Assembly: GCA_963705855.1 (NCBI GenBank)
Contig: CAVPLA010000011.1
Location: 18,247-82,246, forward strand
DNA from: an uncultured Acidobacteriota bacterium
Lineage (GTDB): Bacteria > Acidobacteriota > Terriglobia > Acidiferrales > UBA7541
Direction: 5' to 3'
DNA length: 64,000 nucleotides
In this document: positions 9,774-20,142 of the stretch, one piece after another
Layout of the letters: every line of letters starts with the position of its first letter
Position numbering within the stretch: the stretch's first letter is position 1
Translations under genes and position numbers: made by a program
The notes under the pieces: model-generated
Told to the model about the DNA's origin: nothing
The model's database searches: none
Seen by the model: only the letters and a program-made list of their open reading frames with translations

Positions 9774-9993
9774 ACTCGAACTGGCCGGTGGCAATTGGGC
9801 ATAGTGGCGGAGCCGGACGCAGACGGGTCATCCACTCGCGCGCTGTGGCTGACGGTATTACTGTGCGCGGTGCACTTGCGCAGGAACTAACCCTCCGTTC
9901 CGATTAAGACAAGCGCTTCGTTGTTCCGACATGAAACATAGTAAGGTCAGAAGAGAGTCGCACGACAAGGCTCGCCCTCCGAGGAGCGCCTGA

Positions 9994-10551
9994 ATGGTGC
10001 AGATCAAGGGATCCGCAATCAAGGAAACCATCGAGCAGATCAAATCGCGCGCCGGCGACGCTGCTTTTCAAAAAATCCTCGGCCTTCTCGACGACGAAAC
10101 TCGAAAAGTCTTGGAGGGCGAAATCTTCTCCTCCACCTGGTACTCCCTCGATCTCTTTACGCGCTTCCTCGAAATAGAAATCAAGGTCCTCGCGGATGGA
10201 AACGAAGAGATGGTCACGCGCGGTTCGGAAGCGGTGATCGAAAGGCAGCTTCGTGGAATCTACAAGGCCTTTGTAAAACTAGGTTCGCCAGAATTCGTCA
10301 TCAAGCGCATCGCCGCCGTTCACGCCACGTATTTTCAGGGTGTCCCCATCGAGGTTCAGTTGCACGGCCACGGCAGAGCCATCGTCAAGTATACCGGTTT
10401 TGAAAAACAGCACCGCATCATGGGATTCGCGATCGTCGGATTCTTCAAAAAAGCCCTAGAGATTTCCGGCGCCAAGGACGTGGCCATCCACTTCTCCGTA
10501 CCGATCGAAGATGGCAAAGGCTATTCCGAACTCTCCATCGCCTGGAGCTAA
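9994..10551 (+). CDS. hypothetical cytoplasmic protein (possibly DUF2378-like)
   Basis: Protein-like composition with no TM segments. The family assignment is from memory only. Confidence 0.65.
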   Translation: MVQIKGSAIKETIEQIKSRAGDAAFQKILGLLDDETRKVLEGEIFSSTWYSLDLFTRFLEIEIKVLADGNEEMVTRGSEAVIERQLRGIYKAFVKLGSPEFVIKRIAAVHATYFQGVPIEVQLHGHGRAIVKYTGFEKQHRIMGFAIVGFFKKALEISGAKDVAIHFSVPIEDGKGYSELSIAWS

Positions 10552-10581
10552 GCGGTGGCTGGTCTCGCGTACAATAGAGCA

Positions 10582-11538
10582 ATGGCAATGTCCAAACTCT
10601 GCCGGAACATGGGCCGCACCTGCGCGCTGCTCATTTCCCTTGCGTCTGTCTTCCGAATCCCCGCTCGCGCCCAGGAGCAGCCGCAAGGCATCATTCGCGT
10701 GGGTGTGAACCTGGTATTGCTTGACGCGACGGTGAAGAGCAAGTCCGGCCAAATCATGGCTGACCTGAAAAAAGAGGACTTTGAAGTTCGCGAAGATGGT
10801 GTAGTCCAAAAACTGGATGTCTTCAGCCGTGACGAATTGCCTCTCGAGGTCGCTCTAGTCTTGGATCTCAGCGATTCGATTGGCCCATTTCTCGGCCCGC
10901 TGCGTGACGCCGCAACCACCGCTCTCGCCGCGCTCAAACCCGACGACGAGGTCGCGCTCTTTACCTTTTCCACCCAAGCCCAATTGCGCGTTCCTTTCAC
11001 GAAGGACAAAAGTAAGATCGCCGAGGAGATCAATACTTTTCACGCCGGTGGCGCCACCAATATCAATGACGGAATCTTCATCGCCTCTGAGAATCTGCTT
11101 AAATTGCCGCCCAAGGGCCGCCGCGTGATCATTCTGATCAGCGACGACGTTGGCACGGACGCCGGCGGACAGGGCACACACGACATCGTCACAGAAGCCA
11201 TCGCCGCGGATGCGGCCCTCTACAACCTCAAAATCCCCGGCTACAATCCGCCGCAAACGCTCTTGGCCGCCAGCATGATTCCCGGCCTGGTCAATATTCG
11301 CAAAGTGATGGACCAAACTGGCGGTGAACTCTTCGACGTCCAAGACATCCCACATCTGGATCCCGTTTTTCGCGCGCTTATCCAGCGCATCAAGACGCGC
11401 TATACGCTGGGCTATTACACGAACGCCAGCGCAGCTCTTGGCAAACCACATAAGCTCGATGTTCGGCTGACTTCCTCGTTCGGAAAAAAAGGCCGCGACT
11501 ACGTGGTTCTCTCCAAAACGGGCTTCTACGTTCACTGA
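10582..11538 (+). CDS. secreted VWA-domain protein (acidobacterial VWFA-related type)
   Basis: Signal peptide MSKLCRNMGRTCALLISLASVFRIPARAQE. The N-terminal block VGVNLVLLDATVKSKSGQIMADLKKEDFEVREDG is followed by the MIDAS-like LVLDLSDS. Paralog of 30117-31502. Confidence 0.85.
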   Translation: MAMSKLCRNMGRTCALLISLASVFRIPARAQEQPQGIIRVGVNLVLLDATVKSKSGQIMADLKKEDFEVREDGVVQKLDVFSRDELPLEVALVLDLSDSIGPFLGPLRDAATTALAALKPDDEVALFTFSTQAQLRVPFTKDKSKIAEEINTFHAGGATNINDGIFIASENLLKLPPKGRRVIILISDDVGTDAGGQGTHDIVTEAIAADAALYNLKIPGYNPPQTLLAASMIPGLVNIRKVMDQTGGELFDVQDIPHLDPVFRALIQRIKTRYTLGYYTNASAALGKPHKLDVRLTSSFGKKGRDYVVLSKTGFYVH

Positions 11539-11609
11539 AGAGTGCCTAATTAGATCACGCCATAGAATTTGGAGTTCCGGGGCAGCACGATAAGTAAGAA
11601 TGGCGCGGC

Positions 11610-13913
11610 TTACGGCACATCATGCCAGGCGATGAATTCGTCGGGACCCCATTCAGCGCCCATATTGTCGTCAGTGATTGTGGAGTAGCGTTTCAGGCGA
11701 GGCCGCAGAGTCGCGGAAGTTTCCAGCCCAACGTAGGTGGCGGGGGCCTTGAGGGAATCCGCCAGCGAGAGGAATTTTGCGAACGCTTTTTGAGCGCCTG
11801 CGTCATCCTGAGGGAATAAGGGCCGGCCATCGATTCGGAATTCCCGCAGGTCGCTCTCCCACCGTGCTCTGTCCACCACAATGGGCGAATCACTGACCAT
11901 CAGTAAGTTGACAACTCGCAGCCCGTAGGGGAACTCACGAAGAGCAGTGGCCATCGATTCGAACGAGCCAGTCGAGTTGAAATAATAAATGCCGCCTGGA
12001 TTCAAGTGCTGGCGAATCATCTGGAGGAATTCCGCCGAGAGTAAGTTAGTGCTGTGATCGCGCCAGTGATAGGTGGTGTTCGCGACGATGAAATCGTAGC
12101 GCGCTTCGGGATGAGCAATGAGCCAGCGGCGGCCATCGTCGATGTGCAGGTGCAACTTGGGGTTCTCCAGGAGCGACCGCACAATCGGATACTTGGAGAT
12201 CAGTTGCAGGTATCCTGGATTGATTTCGACGACCTCCACTGATTCCACATTCGGATTATTTACGAAAATCTGCCCCCACGAGCCCGAAGCGAGTCCGATC
12301 ATAAGCATGCGTTTGGGGGCCGGATGAACGGCGCTCACAAAAAATGCACGAACGGTACCGTTGGCATCGTTCTGTGGATCAATGCGGAAGTAACCGTCGT
12401 AGACGGAACCGCCAAAGAGGGCGCCCAGGGAAGTAGTGCAGATGACGCCGTTGCGGTTTTCCACGATGTGAGCGAATTCGCCCATTTCTTGATACCTTCC
12501 GCCAAACGCGAGTTTTTCATACAAAAGAGCATACTGGCGCGGGGCAACGACGACCAAGGCCAAAGCGGCGAGGCCCAGAGACGCAGCCCAGAGAGGCGGC
12601 CAGCCGAAGCGCAATTCTTGCTGGCTCACTATGAGCAGGCCGGTCGCAATGGCGGAGACTCCCAGCAGCAATGCAATCTGGCGCAAGCTGAAATACTGCA
12701 TAAGTACGAAGCCGATCCCGAGGCTGCCCACGACGGCTCCAGCGATGTTAGACACATAGATCAAGCTCACGCCCCGCCCAGCTTGCTCGCCGGGGTTTAC
12801 GGACAATTGACACAGCAGGGGCATGACCGCGCCTATGAGCGCCGCAGTCAGGAAGAAGAGAGGGACGCTCGAAAGATAAGGGATTTTCCGGCCCATCAGA
12901 GAAGCGACCAGCGGAGGCAGGTAACAGGAAATCGCCCCGGCAACTATCATCATCACGCCAATTACATGAAGTACGCGTTTTGGACTCGCATCGTGAGTAA
13001 AATGCTCGGCGAGATACGCTCCAGCGGCGACGCCCGCAAGAAAGGTTGCCAGCAATAGAGAAAACGCGGGCGCTCTGTCCATCGATGCAATCGAGAAAAC
13101 GCGGAACCAGGCAATTTCAAAACCAAGCGAGATGCAGCCGGAGAGTGCGGCAAGGAGCATGGCCATGGGCAGAGAAATGGCCGGCGCGAACTGGGCGATC
13201 GCCTGGCCGCCAGTGGTGTGCTGCAGCGTTGTCGCCCGGCGGCTTCGGCCGTAAACAAACGCCGTTAGCCCAACGATCACGTTGAGAAGCGCCGCGATTC
13301 TGACAGAGCCTGAGAGGCCGAAGTCTCGTAGAAGAAACTGCGCACAGAAGTAACACGCCACCGCCGAACCGAGCGTATTCACAAAATAGAGTCTCGAGAC
13401 CGAGAGGCCGACTCGGCCGGAACGCCCGACGAGATGTTCCACCAGGAGTGGAAGTGTTGCGCCCATGAACATGGTGGGCAGCAGCAGCAGAAGCAGGCTG
13501 AACAGGATCACGTGAAGCAGACCGGAGCCAGCGGTGAAGGAAGCAGCCCAATGAAAAATCCGCAGGGAGAGAATACCGAAAACGGCTACGCCCATTTCGC
13601 AAGCGCCAAATAGCAGAATCCCGTGGCGCGGAAACCGCGCCGACAAACGGCCGCCGAGAAGGCTGCCAAGCCCCAGGCCCAACATGAACGCACTCACGAC
13701 CACAGCAACGGATTCGACATTGACGCCGTAGATGGCGAAGAGCACCCTTTGCCAAACCACCTGATAAATCAGCGCAGGCATGCCGGAAGCGAAAAAGAGA
13801 GCACTCAACAAGAGCGATTCCCAGCGATGGACGGATTTGTCAAACACGAAGACCGCTGTCAGGAAGAGCAGCAGGTCTATCAGCAAGAGACCAAGAACAG
13901 GATGAATGATCAT
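11610..13913 (-). CDS. fused MFS-like membrane domain / spermidine synthase-like protein
   Basis: About 12 TM helices at the N-terminus. The C-terminal Rossmann segment MLMIGLASGSWGQIF...VEVVEINPGY is typical of spermidine-synthase-fold proteins. Confidence 0.8.
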   Translation of the reverse strand: MIIHPVLGLLLIDLLLFLTAVFVFDKSVHRWESLLLSALFFASGMPALIYQVVWQRVLFAIYGVNVESVAVVVSAFMLGLGLGSLLGGRLSARFPRHGILLFGACEMGVAVFGILSLRIFHWAASFTAGSGLLHVILFSLLLLLLPTMFMGATLPLLVEHLVGRSGRVGLSVSRLYFVNTLGSAVACYFCAQFLLRDFGLSGSVRIAALLNVIVGLTAFVYGRSRRATTLQHTTGGQAIAQFAPAISLPMAMLLAALSGCISLGFEIAWFRVFSIASMDRAPAFSLLLATFLAGVAAGAYLAEHFTHDASPKRVLHVIGVMMIVAGAISCYLPPLVASLMGRKIPYLSSVPLFFLTAALIGAVMPLLCQLSVNPGEQAGRGVSLIYVSNIAGAVVGSLGIGFVLMQYFSLRQIALLLGVSAIATGLLIVSQQELRFGWPPLWAASLGLAALALVVVAPRQYALLYEKLAFGGRYQEMGEFAHIVENRNGVICTTSLGALFGGSVYDGYFRIDPQNDANGTVRAFFVSAVHPAPKRMLMIGLASGSWGQIFVNNPNVESVEVVEINPGYLQLISKYPIVRSLLENPKLHLHIDDGRRWLIAHPEARYDFIVANTTYHWRDHSTNLLSAEFLQMIRQHLNPGGIYYFNSTGSFESMATALREFPYGLRVVNLLMVSDSPIVVDRARWESDLREFRIDGRPLFPQDDAGAQKAFAKFLSLADSLKAPATYVGLETSATLRPRLKRYSTITDDNMGAEWGPDEFIAWHDVP

Positions 13914-14168
13914 TGTCGTTGAGGGCCTCTCCGAAATGGCTCCAGGATGGCTGGGCCTGCACGTTGTTTAGATTATGCGGGGGGGCTGAACGAATCGCGA
14001 GTAGGGATGAAAACTTACGTTGCGTAAGGCCTAATATCCAGCGCGTGGCAGGGTGCCAAGACGATTATCACGGCTTTCAATCATTAACGCTCGACCGCCG
14101 ACTGCGAGATGACGCGCATATTCTTCGGGAGTGGTAGCCGGTAGGCCGCTCTGCGAGCTGAAAAAACT

Positions 14169-14860
14169 TCAAGCGGGAAGGCCAAAGCGAGTCCGCATTT
14201 CGCGCCAGCCAGCTTTGGTGACGGCCAAAGCGCGGCTGTCGAGTTCCTGGATCACCCATTTTCGTTTCATCGCGACTTCTAGCAAGGCCGCGCCGACGGC
14301 CGTGGCCGCCGCTCGCTCCAGTCCACACACGCATATGCGAAACGACGCCGCAGCGTCCGCATTGCCTCGAGATCCATACCAAGAGCTTCGAATGCCTTGG
14401 TTCCGCGTCGTGTCAATTCGTAAGCGTTATCGGTGCTTGACCCACCTGACAGCCAGCCCAGCGCTTTGCAGCGGTCGTGTAGCGCGACGCCTAGCGTGCC
14501 CGCGATGTGATCGTAGCAAGTCCGTGCTGCGCGCAAGCCGTTCGGCGTGCTCGGCTCGAAAGTGTCGTGCGTTCCGCCGGCCAGCAGGCTCAAGGCTTCC
14601 AGCGCCGCGGCCACACTGGCCCCTGCGAGACTGTAATAGCGATGTTTTCCTTGGGCGAGCACCGCGACCAATCGCTGCGTATTCAGCCGCTGCAGGTGCA
14701 CGCTGGCCGTCGACGGCGTTACCTCGGCGACCATTGCAAGCTCTGTGCTCGTTCGCACGCGGCCGTCGAGCAGGCAGTAGAGCATGCGCGCTCGGGCCGG
14801 CTCACCGATGGCAGAGGCAATTCGGGAGACCGAGCGGTCCGCGCGTTCCTCGACATCCAC
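14169..14860 (-). pseudogene. ArsR-family HTH regulator, apparently frameshifted near 14298-14308
   Basis: The HTH region reads IGEPARARMLYCLLDGRVRTSTELAMVAEVTPSTASVHLQRL. The ORF stops at 14279 after CVDWSERRPRPSARPC. Another frame continues as AVGAALLEVAMKRKWVIQELDSRALAVTKAGWREMRTRFGLPA* and ends at 14169. Confidence 0.6.
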
Positions 14861-14942
14861 AGTTTGATGCTAAGCGAAGTGTTCCTGTTTTACAAGCTCC
14901 ATACTGCCCAATATGCGGCCACCCAAGCCTCCCACCGACCAC

Positions 14943-15386
14943 ATGAGCCGCCGCGAAGCTATCGGCGGCATAGTCGCCATGGCGGCCGCGCTCACTGTTG
15001 GCTGCGAAGCATTTGCCAGCCCGCCCATGAAAGGACTACCTGTGGAGATCTTATGCGTGATCCGCTACCAGATCGATCCCTTCCAGCGAGACGTCTTCAA
15101 AAAGTATGCCGAGAATTGGGGCCGCATCATTCCCCGATGCGGCGGGCATCTCGTCCGCTATTTTCTGCCACATGAAGGAACGAATGACATCGCGTGGGGC
15201 CTGATTGCTTTCGACAGCTTGGCTTCCTACGAGGCATACCGCGCACGCCTGAAAGCGGATCCGGAAGGCCGCGAAAACTTCGCCACAGCGCAAACAAAAC
15301 GTTTCATCCTGCGCGAAGAACGAAACTTCGTCGAACTGGTCGACGGCACCTTCAACATCCCCGCCGCTCTCCAGGCGATTCCCTAA
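14943..15386 (+). CDS. NIPSNAP family protein with Tat-like signal
   Basis: N-terminus [20 protein letters not shown] (twin-Arg). The body reads [52 protein letters not shown]. Confidence 0.8.
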   Translation: MSRREAIGGIVAMAAALTVGCEAFASPPMKGLPVEILCVIRYQIDPFQRDVFKKYAENWGRIIPRCGGHLVRYFLPHEGTNDIAWGLIAFDSLASYEAYRARLKADPEGRENFATAQTKRFILREERNFVELVDGTFNIPAALQAIP

Positions 15387-15451
15387 GACCAATCGCCTGA
15401 AATATTACGTTGTGCTCCTGCGTCTTCTTAACAGTAGACAGGAGACGCCGC

Positions 15452-16168
15452 ATGATCGCATCCGAGTTTGAATACCGTTATCGTTTCTGGATGATTCTAC
15501 TCGTCTATGTTCTGGCCTATTCGTTCTACAACGTTGACAACCTCAATGTCCTGTACGCCCTGGTTCCTTGGAATCAGGGAGTTGCCCAGAGGGACACGCC
15601 CGTGCGCATTCTGTACGCCGCTGCTGCGCTCGTGGCGGCAGGCGGCGCGATTCTCCTGGCATGGTCCACCGCTTACCGGCCATTGCCCGCTAACCGGGAC
15701 CGCACAGCCTTCTCTATCGCTGGCCCATTTCGTTATGTCCGCAACCCTCATTACCTTTCCTATTTTTTTCTACTGCTTGCCTTGGGTACTTTTCAGAGCG
15801 TTCTCGGATTTCCGGTTATGCTTCTGGGTGAAACCATCTTGCTTCTTCGGCTAGTTGGGCGCGAAGAGCTCCGCCTTGAGCAGGAGTTCGGCGAGCATTT
15901 TCGCCTTTACGAGCGGCGCGTTCCGTGCCTGCTACCTTCGCTTCGCCCGCGGTTCGAGGACGACGGCCAGCTGCCGCGCTGGCGTCAGGCTCTCTGGGAC
16001 CAAGCCTTTCAATGGGGCTTCGTCACCACGCTGCTTGCCTTCGCGTTCACCTTAAGCGATCCGATTGGGTACGCGTTCGGTGGCGCCACCATTGCGTTTT
16101 TGCTGCTGCAAAGGCTTGTTTGGCGGTTCTGGATTCGCTCGCACCGCTCCCCCTCGCCCTCCTCATGA
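15452..16168 (+). CDS. isoprenylcysteine carboxyl methyltransferase (ICMT)/phospholipid methyltransferase family membrane protein
   Basis: AGGAG lies before the ATG at 15452. Motifs GPFRYVRNPHYLSYFF and EELRLEQEFGEHFRLYERRVP; multiple TM helices. Confidence 0.8.
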   Translation: MIASEFEYRYRFWMILLVYVLAYSFYNVDNLNVLYALVPWNQGVAQRDTPVRILYAAAALVAAGGAILLAWSTAYRPLPANRDRTAFSIAGPFRYVRNPHYLSYFFLLLALGTFQSVLGFPVMLLGETILLLRLVGREELRLEQEFGEHFRLYERRVPCLLPSLRPRFEDDGQLPRWRQALWDQAFQWGFVTTLLAFAFTLSDPIGYAFGGATIAFLLLQRLVWRFWIRSHRSPSPSS

Positions 16169-16204
16169 CGCAGAGAAGAGCGCGCGATGAAAAACATTTT
16201 CCTG

Positions 16205-16233
16205 TTGACATCCCACAGGGCCTCGGTGATACT
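16205..16233 (+). promoter_or_regulatory. sigma70-type promoter of the PadR-ADOP operon (TTGACA-17-GATACT)
   Basis: TTGACA at 16205-16210, a 17-nt spacer, and GATACT at 16228-16233. It is interleaved with three CCACAGG/CCTGTGG heptamers (16213, 16234, 16246). Confidence 0.55.
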
Positions 16234-16259
16234 CCTGTGGACACGCCACAGGAGGCCGC

Positions 16260-16604
16260 ATGGCCAGTCAAAAATCAGAAATCCTCCAGGGCACCCTCGA
16301 TTTGATGGTCTTGAAGACCCTCGAAACCATGGGGCCGTTGCATGGTTACGGGATCGCTCGACGCATCGAACAGATCAGCGAAGATGCCCTGCAAATCAAT
16401 CAGGGCACAATCTACGCGTCTCTCGTGCGGCTGACGCAGAGAGGCTGGATTTCGGGCGCCTGGGGCACGTCGGACAACAACAGAAAAGCCAAGTTCTATT
16501 CCATCACTAGAGCCGGACGTAAGCAGCTCAATACAGAAGCGCAGAATTGGGAGCGCATGTCCAACGTGATTGGCCGCGTGCTGGGCACGGCGGAGCGAGG
16601 CTAA
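16260..16604 (+). CDS. PadR family transcriptional regulator (acidobacterial type)
   Basis: LQGTLDLMVLKTLETMGPLHGYGIARRIEQ...GTIYASLVRLTQRGWISGAWGTSDNNRKAKFYSITRAG. AGGAGG lies 4 nt before the ATG. Confidence 0.92.
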   Translation: MASQKSEILQGTLDLMVLKTLETMGPLHGYGIARRIEQISEDALQINQGTIYASLVRLTQRGWISGAWGTSDNNRKAKFYSITRAGRKQLNTEAQNWERMSNVIGRVLGTAERG

Positions 16605-16608
16605 TCCG

Positions 16609-19272
16609 ATGTATACCTGGATAAAAGCGCTCAGTTCCCGAACTCTCGCGTGGCTTTCGCCCCGTGACGTTGATCAAGAATTCGAGCATGAACTTGATAC
16701 CCATCTCGACATGCTCACGAACGAAAACATCCGGAGAGGCATGGGACCAGAAGAAGCCAGGCACGCCGCTCGCGTTCGCTTGGGAGGACTCGCGCAACTT
16801 AGAGAAACCAACCGTGAACTCCACGGCTTACCCATGCTCGAAACATTTTTGCAGGACACGCGCTACGCATTACGCATGCTACGCAAGAATCTCGGCTTTA
16901 CCACCGTTGCGGTCCTCACGCTTGCTCTCGGTATCGGCGCTAATACGGCTATTTTCAGCGTCGTTTATGCGGTGCTGCTGAAGCCGCTGCCTTTTACGAA
17001 TCCCGATCAGTTGTTCACCGCGTTTCAGGCAAACACGGAACTGGGTATAGCGGAGACGGGCTGCTCGTATCCGAATTTCGAAGAATGGCGGTCGCAGAAT
17101 CATGTTTTTAGCGAGCTTGCGGGAATTGTAGCGCACCAGCTCACCCTGACCGGCCGCGGCGAGCCTTCCGTTGTAAACACGTCCGTAGTAACTCCGGAGC
17201 TCTTTGCACTTCTGGATGTTAAGCCACTGGCGGGACGCATCTTTTTCCCCCAGGACGGCAAACAGGGTGCTGCGCCCGTGGTTCTCGTGAGTGAGGATCT
17301 GTGGCGGGGCCGGTTCGGTGCAGATCTCAAGATCATAGGAACTTCAATTGACCTGGACAAACGTCCGTTCACCGTGATTGGAATCATACCCGCCGCTTTT
17401 CGCACTCCTTTTTTCAACACCAAGCAGGAAGTCTGGATCCCGCTCGTTCAGGACCCTGTCTTTAGCACCTTCATGCCTAAGCGAGGAGTGCACCTTCTCC
17501 CAGCCCTAGGGCGGCTGAAGGCAGGCGTTTCTGTGGTGCAGGCTCAGGCGGAAATGGACGCCATCAGCGGGAGGCTGGCCGGGGAATTTCCGGCGGAGAA
17601 CAGTGGTTGGACAGTCCGCCTTGTGCCGCTGCAGAAAGAAATTGTGGGAGAAGTAAGAACCGAGCTGCTGGTGCTCCTGGGCGCCGTAGGCCTGGTGCTG
17701 TTGATCGCTTGCGCCAATATCGCCAATTTACTTCTTTCCCGCGCGACCTCCCGCTCGAAAGAGATAGCTGTTCGGACAGCGCTGGGCGCCGGGCGAGTCC
17801 GAATCATCCGCCAGTTGCTCAGTGAGACCGCGGTACTCGGTCTGCTTGGAGGAACTGGAGGAATAGCTCTCTCCTACTGGGGCGTTCAAGCCTTGAGCTC
17901 GCTGCTGCCGTCGAGTTTGCCGCAGATGAACCCCATTCGCGTCGACTATTTTGTCTTGGGTTTTGCGCTTCTCCTTTCCGCTATCGCAGGCGTGGCTTTT
18001 GGTTTGGTTCCCGCCATGTTCGCGGCCAATGCGGATATACAGAACACCCTTCGCGAAGGCCCTCGCTCCGGCGAAAGCCGCAACCGCCGCCGCGCGCGCA
18101 GTTTCCTGGCTGTCGCGGAAATTTCGCTCGCCATGGTTTTGCTGGTGACAGCGGGTTTGCTGTTGCGCAGCTTTGCCAGGCTCAGCTCGGTCAGTCCGGG
18201 GTTTGACGCCCAGCACCTCGTAAAGGCGGATATCTCGCTTCCACAATTTCAGTATTCCACGCCGCAGCAGTGGGCCGCATTTTCCGAAGAATTGCTTGCG
18301 CGAATCCAATCAGACCCTGGATTGCAGGATTCGGCAGTGGTTGTTCCCAGGCCGATCGTAGACCAAAACGTCAAGCTGCCGTTCGATATCGTCGGTAACC
18401 CGGCTTCGTCTGAGGGAGCATCTAGGATTGCGAGCTATGTTTCGGTTAGTCCCGATTATTTTCGCGTCGTGGGGATTCCGCTGCTGGCCGGACGAGTCTT
18501 CAATCTGCACGATGTCTCATCCGCTCCCCGCGTTTCGATTATCAGCCAAGCAATGGCGCGGCTTTATTTCCCAAATCAAAACCCCCTGGGAAAGCAAATT
18601 ACCTTTGGTTATCCACGGGGGAGTGGGGGAGCCATGCGGGAAATCATCGGAATCGTCGGTGATGTGCGCGACGTTGCGTTAGGTCAGGATCCTGGGGCGA
18701 TGATGTACGTTCCATTTGCCCAGGCCCCTTTTTGGGGCGCGAATCTGGTGGTAAAGAGCACTTTGAGCACCTTGAGTGTAGCAGCCGCCATTCGCCAAGA
18801 AGTACACAAAATAGATAAAGATCTTCCCGTGACCGATGTCGCAATGATGCCGGGTGTTATCCAGGCTTCTGTCGCGGCACCCAGATTTCGCATGTTCTTG
18901 CTCGGCCTCTTCGCAGTTATGGCGCTGGTGCTTGCGGCTACGGGGATTTTTGGCGTGATTTCCTACTCAGTGTCGCGCCGCACGAACGAGATCGGCATCC
19001 GCGTAGCTCTCGGCGCTTCGCGCAACACAATTCTGCGCATGGTCTTGCGCGAAACTTTGCTTCTGACGTTCGCCGGCCTCACCGTGGGACTTCCCTCCGC
19101 ACTCGCGGCCTCGCACCTGCTTGGCCACATGCTCTTCAACGTCTCGGCCAATGATCCTGCTACGCTTACCGCCGTTGCGTTCGTTCTGGCGGCGGTGGCT
19201 GCTCTTGCCGGATACATCCCCGCGCGCCGCGCCATGCGCGTCGACCCTATGGTCGCGCTGCGCTATGAATAG
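16609..19272 (+). CDS. ABC transporter permease, MacB/FtsX type (ADOP family)
   Basis: The ATG lies 5 nt after the PadR stop. It has duplicated FtsX TM blocks with two MacB-like periplasmic domains, and ends RVDPMVALRYE. Confidence 0.9.
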   Translation: MYTWIKALSSRTLAWLSPRDVDQEFEHELDTHLDMLTNENIRRGMGPEEARHAARVRLGGLAQLRETNRELHGLPMLETFLQDTRYALRMLRKNLGFTTVAVLTLALGIGANTAIFSVVYAVLLKPLPFTNPDQLFTAFQANTELGIAETGCSYPNFEEWRSQNHVFSELAGIVAHQLTLTGRGEPSVVNTSVVTPELFALLDVKPLAGRIFFPQDGKQGAAPVVLVSEDLWRGRFGADLKIIGTSIDLDKRPFTVIGIIPAAFRTPFFNTKQEVWIPLVQDPVFSTFMPKRGVHLLPALGRLKAGVSVVQAQAEMDAISGRLAGEFPAENSGWTVRLVPLQKEIVGEVRTELLVLLGAVGLVLLIACANIANLLLSRATSRSKEIAVRTALGAGRVRIIRQLLSETAVLGLLGGTGGIALSYWGVQALSSLLPSSLPQMNPIRVDYFVLGFALLLSAIAGVAFGLVPAMFAANADIQNTLREGPRSGESRNRRRARSFLAVAEISLAMVLLVTAGLLLRSFARLSSVSPGFDAQHLVKADISLPQFQYSTPQQWAAFSEELLARIQSDPGLQDSAVVVPRPIVDQNVKLPFDIVGNPASSEGASRIASYVSVSPDYFRVVGIPLLAGRVFNLHDVSSAPRVSIISQAMARLYFPNQNPLGKQITFGYPRGSGGAMREIIGIVGDVRDVALGQDPGAMMYVPFAQAPFWGANLVVKSTLSTLSVAAAIRQEVHKIDKDLPVTDVAMMPGVIQASVAAPRFRMFLLGLFAVMALVLAATGIFGVISYSVSRRTNEIGIRVALGASRNTILRMVLRETLLLTFAGLTVGLPSALAASHLLGHMLFNVSANDPATLTAVAFVLAAVAALAGYIPARRAMRVDPMVALRYE

Positions 19273-19422
19273 ATTGTGCGGGCACGGGCAAGGTTCGCAG
19301 TTCGCGGGGGGAGGATCACTTCTCTTGCTGTCTGTTAGGAACCTCTTTCCCGCTTGTGCTGAGGCGAACCCAATGTAGCGCAAAGGCGCGCGGGGAAGAT
19401 TCCTAGGAAGTACGTCGGCCGC

Positions 19423-20142
19423 TCACTGGTACTGCGCGACCACTTCTCCGTTCTCAATCTTCAGATTCGAGATGTCCGACGGCAGCTTCAGCTTTTCACG
19501 GTTTTCTGGCGACTCCATCATCTTGCGAACAGCCGCTTCCAGCGTGGCTTGGGGGATGGGCAAAGAGCCGATCTGGCCGCTAACCGGCTCAAACTTCAGA
19601 AAACCGTTGTCCGCGCCCAGCTTGCCCACGAGTTGCAGCGTTACGTCCTTGCCGTGGACATCGAAAACTACATAGGCTCGCACATGGTCGTCGACCAACT
19701 GGACCTTTACGTCCTTGACGTTTGAGCGCATTTGCTCGACATCGTCCATAGTGGGCTGGTCGCCGTTTGGCGCCCCCAGACCCGGCTCGTTGGGAGAGGC
19801 ATTCGGCGTTCCGTTCGGGACGTTGGCGTTGGCTGCTGGAAGAACCAGATGCGACACCAAATACGAGTTCAGCTCAGTTTCGCTCATGCGAAGTGTGGCG
19901 GGCTGGCCTTGTGCAACAGCTTGCTGGACATCCTGGAACTTCTGCTCCGCCCTGGCGGCGGCTTCCGGGGTGGTCGACACCGCTGGCGGCGCAGGCTTAT
20001 GTAGCAATAGAATCAATACGATAAGTGCGCAGGCATAGACCGTCCAGCGAACGATTCGGAAGATCAGGACGAGCGTACTTGTTTTTGAGGAGTGGGCATC
20101 AGACACCGGGTTGCCCCCGGGAGGGTTGGCGATACTTGGCAT
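19423..20142 (-). CDS. hypothetical membrane-anchored protein
   Basis: Single N-terminal TM segment (WTVYACALIVLILLL) followed by a soluble domain. No recognised motif. Confidence 0.65.
   Translation of the reverse strand: MPSIANPPGGNPVSDAHSSKTSTLVLIFRIVRWTVYACALIVLILLLHKPAPPAVSTTPEAAARAEQKFQDVQQAVAQGQPATLRMSETELNSYLVSHLVLPAANANVPNGTPNASPNEPGLGAPNGDQPTMDDVEQMRSNVKDVKVQLVDDHVRAYVVFDVHGKDVTLQLVGKLGADNGFLKFEPVSGQIGSLPIPQATLEAAVRKMMESPENREKLKLPSDISNLKIENGEVVAQYQ

Noticed and set aside
14131-14946. 271-aa plus-strand ORF over the ArsR gene.
   Set aside because: It is an Arg/Ala/Pro-rich shadow. The minus strand has a bona fide ArsR HTH.
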